The position numbers and the translations under genes are program-made. A DNA stretch of 54,683 bases from Welwitschia mirabilis (Eukaryota), in assembly GCA_051453625.1 (NCBI GenBank), contig JBOZIK010000001.1:11510080-11564762 (forward strand), given 5' to 3'. The notes below the pieces were generated by a model that did not search any database, was not told where the DNA came from, and saw only the letters and a program-made list of their open reading frames with translations. Shown here piece after piece: positions 51,655 to 54,683 of the stretch. Numbering within the stretch: the first letter of the stretch is position 1; every line of letters starts with the position of its first letter.

Positions 51655-52117
51655 TGCTACTTGGAAATCGAGAGTTGTCATTGCTTCAGTGGATATTCCA
51701 GATATTTGCTGTAGTAATGGTATACCAGTATTCTGTAAGTATTTTATTTCAGTTTTTACTTTTTACTAACCATTGACGTATCGTTTGTCATCCAGACATC
51801 ACAGTCAAACGATTGATCCCTTTTCTACTTTCCCTTATTCTGTGGTTGTCTATGTTTTCTGTCTTTGTCGTCTAGGATATTGTTCAAACGATGTACAGGA
51901 TGACACCATCTAAGATCCAAAGCTGAATGGTAAAAATATAGAAAGGCAAAAAATACTAGAAAGAGGGACAGTTCATCACAGGAAATATCAGAGAAGGTTT
52001 ACTAAATTTTGAATTTGAAAATCAAAATAGCCTAGGTGCACAAACTTTAGAATTTCCTAAAATTTCTGATTTTAATTCTATAGAAGAATCTAATTTTAAT
52101 TTGAAAAATCTAATATC

Positions 52118-54683
52118 ATGTCAACCTCTAACCAAAAACAACCTATCTTGCTGAATCCACCCCCTACTGTTGGAACTATTTCTCTTACTCCTTGTGTGAC
52201 TCTGAGAGATCTCATAGTAAATAAACGACTTGAAATTCAAAACTGTTTCGACTTACCTCTTGGTGACGATGTGGAATTTAAAAACTAAATGCTTATCCTA
52301 CCTTTCGAGAAGAATCTGATGAAGACCCCCTACAACACATCGCTGAAATTGAACAACTCATTCTTACTTCTGAAAACGATAGAAAGTGCATAACTGATAG
52401 AACCTACATGGTTATTTTTCCCATTACATTACGAGATAAGGCTAAACTTTGACTTAGAATGATACCCCATAAGAGCCTAAAATCTTGAAGCCAAGTACAA
52501 GAAGCCTTTATCAAAAGATTTATGAATGAAACCATAATTTGGAAATTTAAGAAAGAAGTTACAAACTTCCTATAACTGCCTAACAAAGACTATACTTCTA
52601 CTTACGAGAGATTTTTTGTAGCTTTACACTCAAACNNNNNNNNNNNNNNNNNNNNNNNNNNNNNNNNNNNNNNNNNNNNNNNNNNNNNNNNNNNNNNNNN
52701 NNNNNNNNNNNNNNNNNNNNNNNNNNNNNNNNNNNNNNNNNNNNNNNNNNNNNNNNNNNNNNNNNNNNNNNNNNNNNNNNNNNNNNNNNNNNNNNNNNNN
52801 NNNNNNNNNNNNNNNNNNNNNNNNNNNNNNNNNNNNNNNNNNNNNNNNNNNNNNNNNNNNNNNNNNNNNNNNNNNNNNNNNNNNNNNNNNNNNNNNNNNN
52901 NNNNNNNNNNNNNNNNNNNNNNNNNNNNNNNNNNNNNNNNNNNNNNNNNNNNNNNNNNNNNNNNNNNNNNNNNNNNNNNNNNNNNNNNNNNNNNNNNNNN
53001 NNNNNNNNNNNNNNNNNNNNNNNNNNNNNNNNNNNNNNNNNNNNNNNNNNNNNNNNNNNNNNNNNNNNNNNNNNNNNNNNNNNNNNNNNNNNNNNNNNNN
53101 NNNNNNNNNNNNNNNNNNNNNNNNNNNNNNNNNNNNNNNNNNNNNNNNNNNNNNNNNNNNNNNNNNNNNNNNNNNNNNNNNNNNNNNNNNNNNNNNNNNN
53201 NNNNNNNNNNNNNNNNNNNNNNNNNNNNNNNNNNNNNNNNNNNNNNNNNNNNNNNNNNNNNNNNNNNNNNNNNNNNNNNNNNNNNNNNNNNNNNNNNNNN
53301 NNNNNNNNNNNNNNNNNNNNNNNNNNNNNNNNNNNNNNNNNNNNNNNNNNNNNNNNNNNNNNNNNNNNNNNNNNNNNNNNNNNNNNNNNNNNNNNNNNNN
53401 NNNNNNNNNNNNNNNNNNNNNNNNNNNNNNNNNNNNNNNNNNNNNNNNNNNNNNNNNNNNNNNNNNNNNNNNNNNNNNNNNNNNNNNNNNNNNNNNNNNN
53501 NNNNNNNNNNNNNNNNNNNNNNNNNNNNNNNNNNNNNNNNNNNNNNNNNNNNNNNNNNNNNNNNNNNNNNNNNNNATGAACCAACTAGCGTCATTAAGGA
53601 TTTTACATCTACCTTAGAGAAATACACTCAGATGATCCTTGATGCTAAAGTGGCAACTGAGAAAAGTCAAATTGTTGTTCCAAATTTTGATTTATGCGAG
53701 GATAGTTATCACGTCATAAAAGAGTGTCCTTTACTCCCTACATGCAAAGAAAGAATTTATAAAGAAGTTTGTGCTTTAAACCAAGGACCCTCCTTCTACA
53801 CTTAAAATTATAACCAAAGATAAGTCCCTAATCATAATTTTCAATATAGGATGAATGAACAACCTAACAATTTTCAAACACATCATCCTTACCGAAATAG
53901 ATTTGGACATCAAAACTTTTAATAGAACTATCAAAATAACATGGCAAGCCCTTCTAACTCCCAAAACTATAGTGATCCTCTAAGGAATTCTATTCGGGAG
54001 TTGAGAAAAACTCAAGAGAAGACAAATGCAAACATAAAAAATCTTGTAAACATTTTGCAACAAACCATGCTTGCCAACCAAAGGCCACAAGGGACCCTTG
54101 CTACTCAACCTTTACCAAACCCTAATGAAGTATGAAAAGATTGTAAAGTGGTGACAAGGAGTGAAATTAATACAACTCCCCTTACTCATGAAGCTTTAAA
54201 AAATGACAACAACGATGAGGAAAACGACATAGAAATCTTAGAAAATCATTCCTTTCCTTCTTCACTTAGCAATAAAAAGAAAAATTCCTCACAAAAAAAA
54301 CTTGCTATCCCATGGCTTAATAGGCTTAATGAAAACCCTGTATTTGATGATTACTTAAAAGCCTTAATGCAGAATGTAAGCATCCATTTACCTTTTTGGA
54401 AACTTTTGCAAGAAAACCCCAAATACTCTAAGCTATGGAAAGACTTTATCAGAAGAAAACAAAAATGAATTATCCCTAGTAAAGTCTTCCTAGCCCAATC
54501 TATTAGTAATTTAGTTTCTAAAAAGTGTCTAAAATTTAAAGATCCAAGGGCAGCAACTGTTAGTGTCATGTTAGAGGTAAACTGAAAAATTTAAAAAGCC
54601 TTGATAGATATAGGAACTAGTGTTAACATCATGCCCTTGCACATTTGTAAACATTTAGGATTGAAAGAGAGAATAAAACCTAC
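52118..54683 (+). pseudogene. gag-pol: Disrupted gag-protease of H
   Basis: PTFREESDEDPLQHIAEIEQL, VIFPITLRDKAKL*LR, knuckle FDLCEDSYHVIKECP, KFKDPRAATV, protease KALIDIGTSVNIMPL (~54595-54639). Confidence 0.9.

Larger units (their letters stand above)
50421..54683 (+). mobile_element. Element H: Athila-type gypsy element, same family as A (continues off the right edge)
   Basis: Complete LTR, PBS, 5' UTR, gag and protease, collinear with the reverse complement of ~560-4454. Confidence 0.92.

Noticed and set aside
593..53627. Long ORFs in the track (e.g. 3343..4380, 6637..7194, 16998..17927, 52602..53627)
   Set aside because: They consist almost entirely of X from N gaps and are artefacts.

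Overview
Very AT-rich eukaryotic DNA, almost certainly plant given the retroelement lineages, from a gapped scaffold with six N-runs. I see no host gene, RNA gene or CRISPR array. The window is a nest of decayed LTR retrotransposons. (A) Athila-type Ty3/gypsy, - strand, 1-4454. (Cop1) old Ty1/copia gag-pol, - strand, ~5130-10400. (C) old Athila-type element, - strand, ~10750-31511. Its pol is split by (B), a non-autonomous Athila-type element (11047-19165, +). Its 5' LTR is split by (D), a gag-only SIRE-type copia element (26335-31015, -, TSD TTATC). (F) 3' half of an env-like-ORF-bearing SIRE element (~31780-42844, +). F is interrupted by a probable solo LTR that carries (E), a SIRE element with full-length but disrupted pol and capsid-less gag (32782-40182, +, TSD ATGCT). 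(G) Tekay/Del-like gypsy gag-protease remnant, - strand, ~42850-48440. (H) second copy of family A, + strand, from 50421 to the window end. All coding regions are pseudogenised. Best leads: the complementary gag-only and pol-only SIRE pair, the unexplained cargo ORF in B, a possible antisense env-like ORF upstream of gag in C, and pervasive C>T/G>A decay that often hits CpA/TpG. Family names come from motifs recognised by eye; no database search was run.
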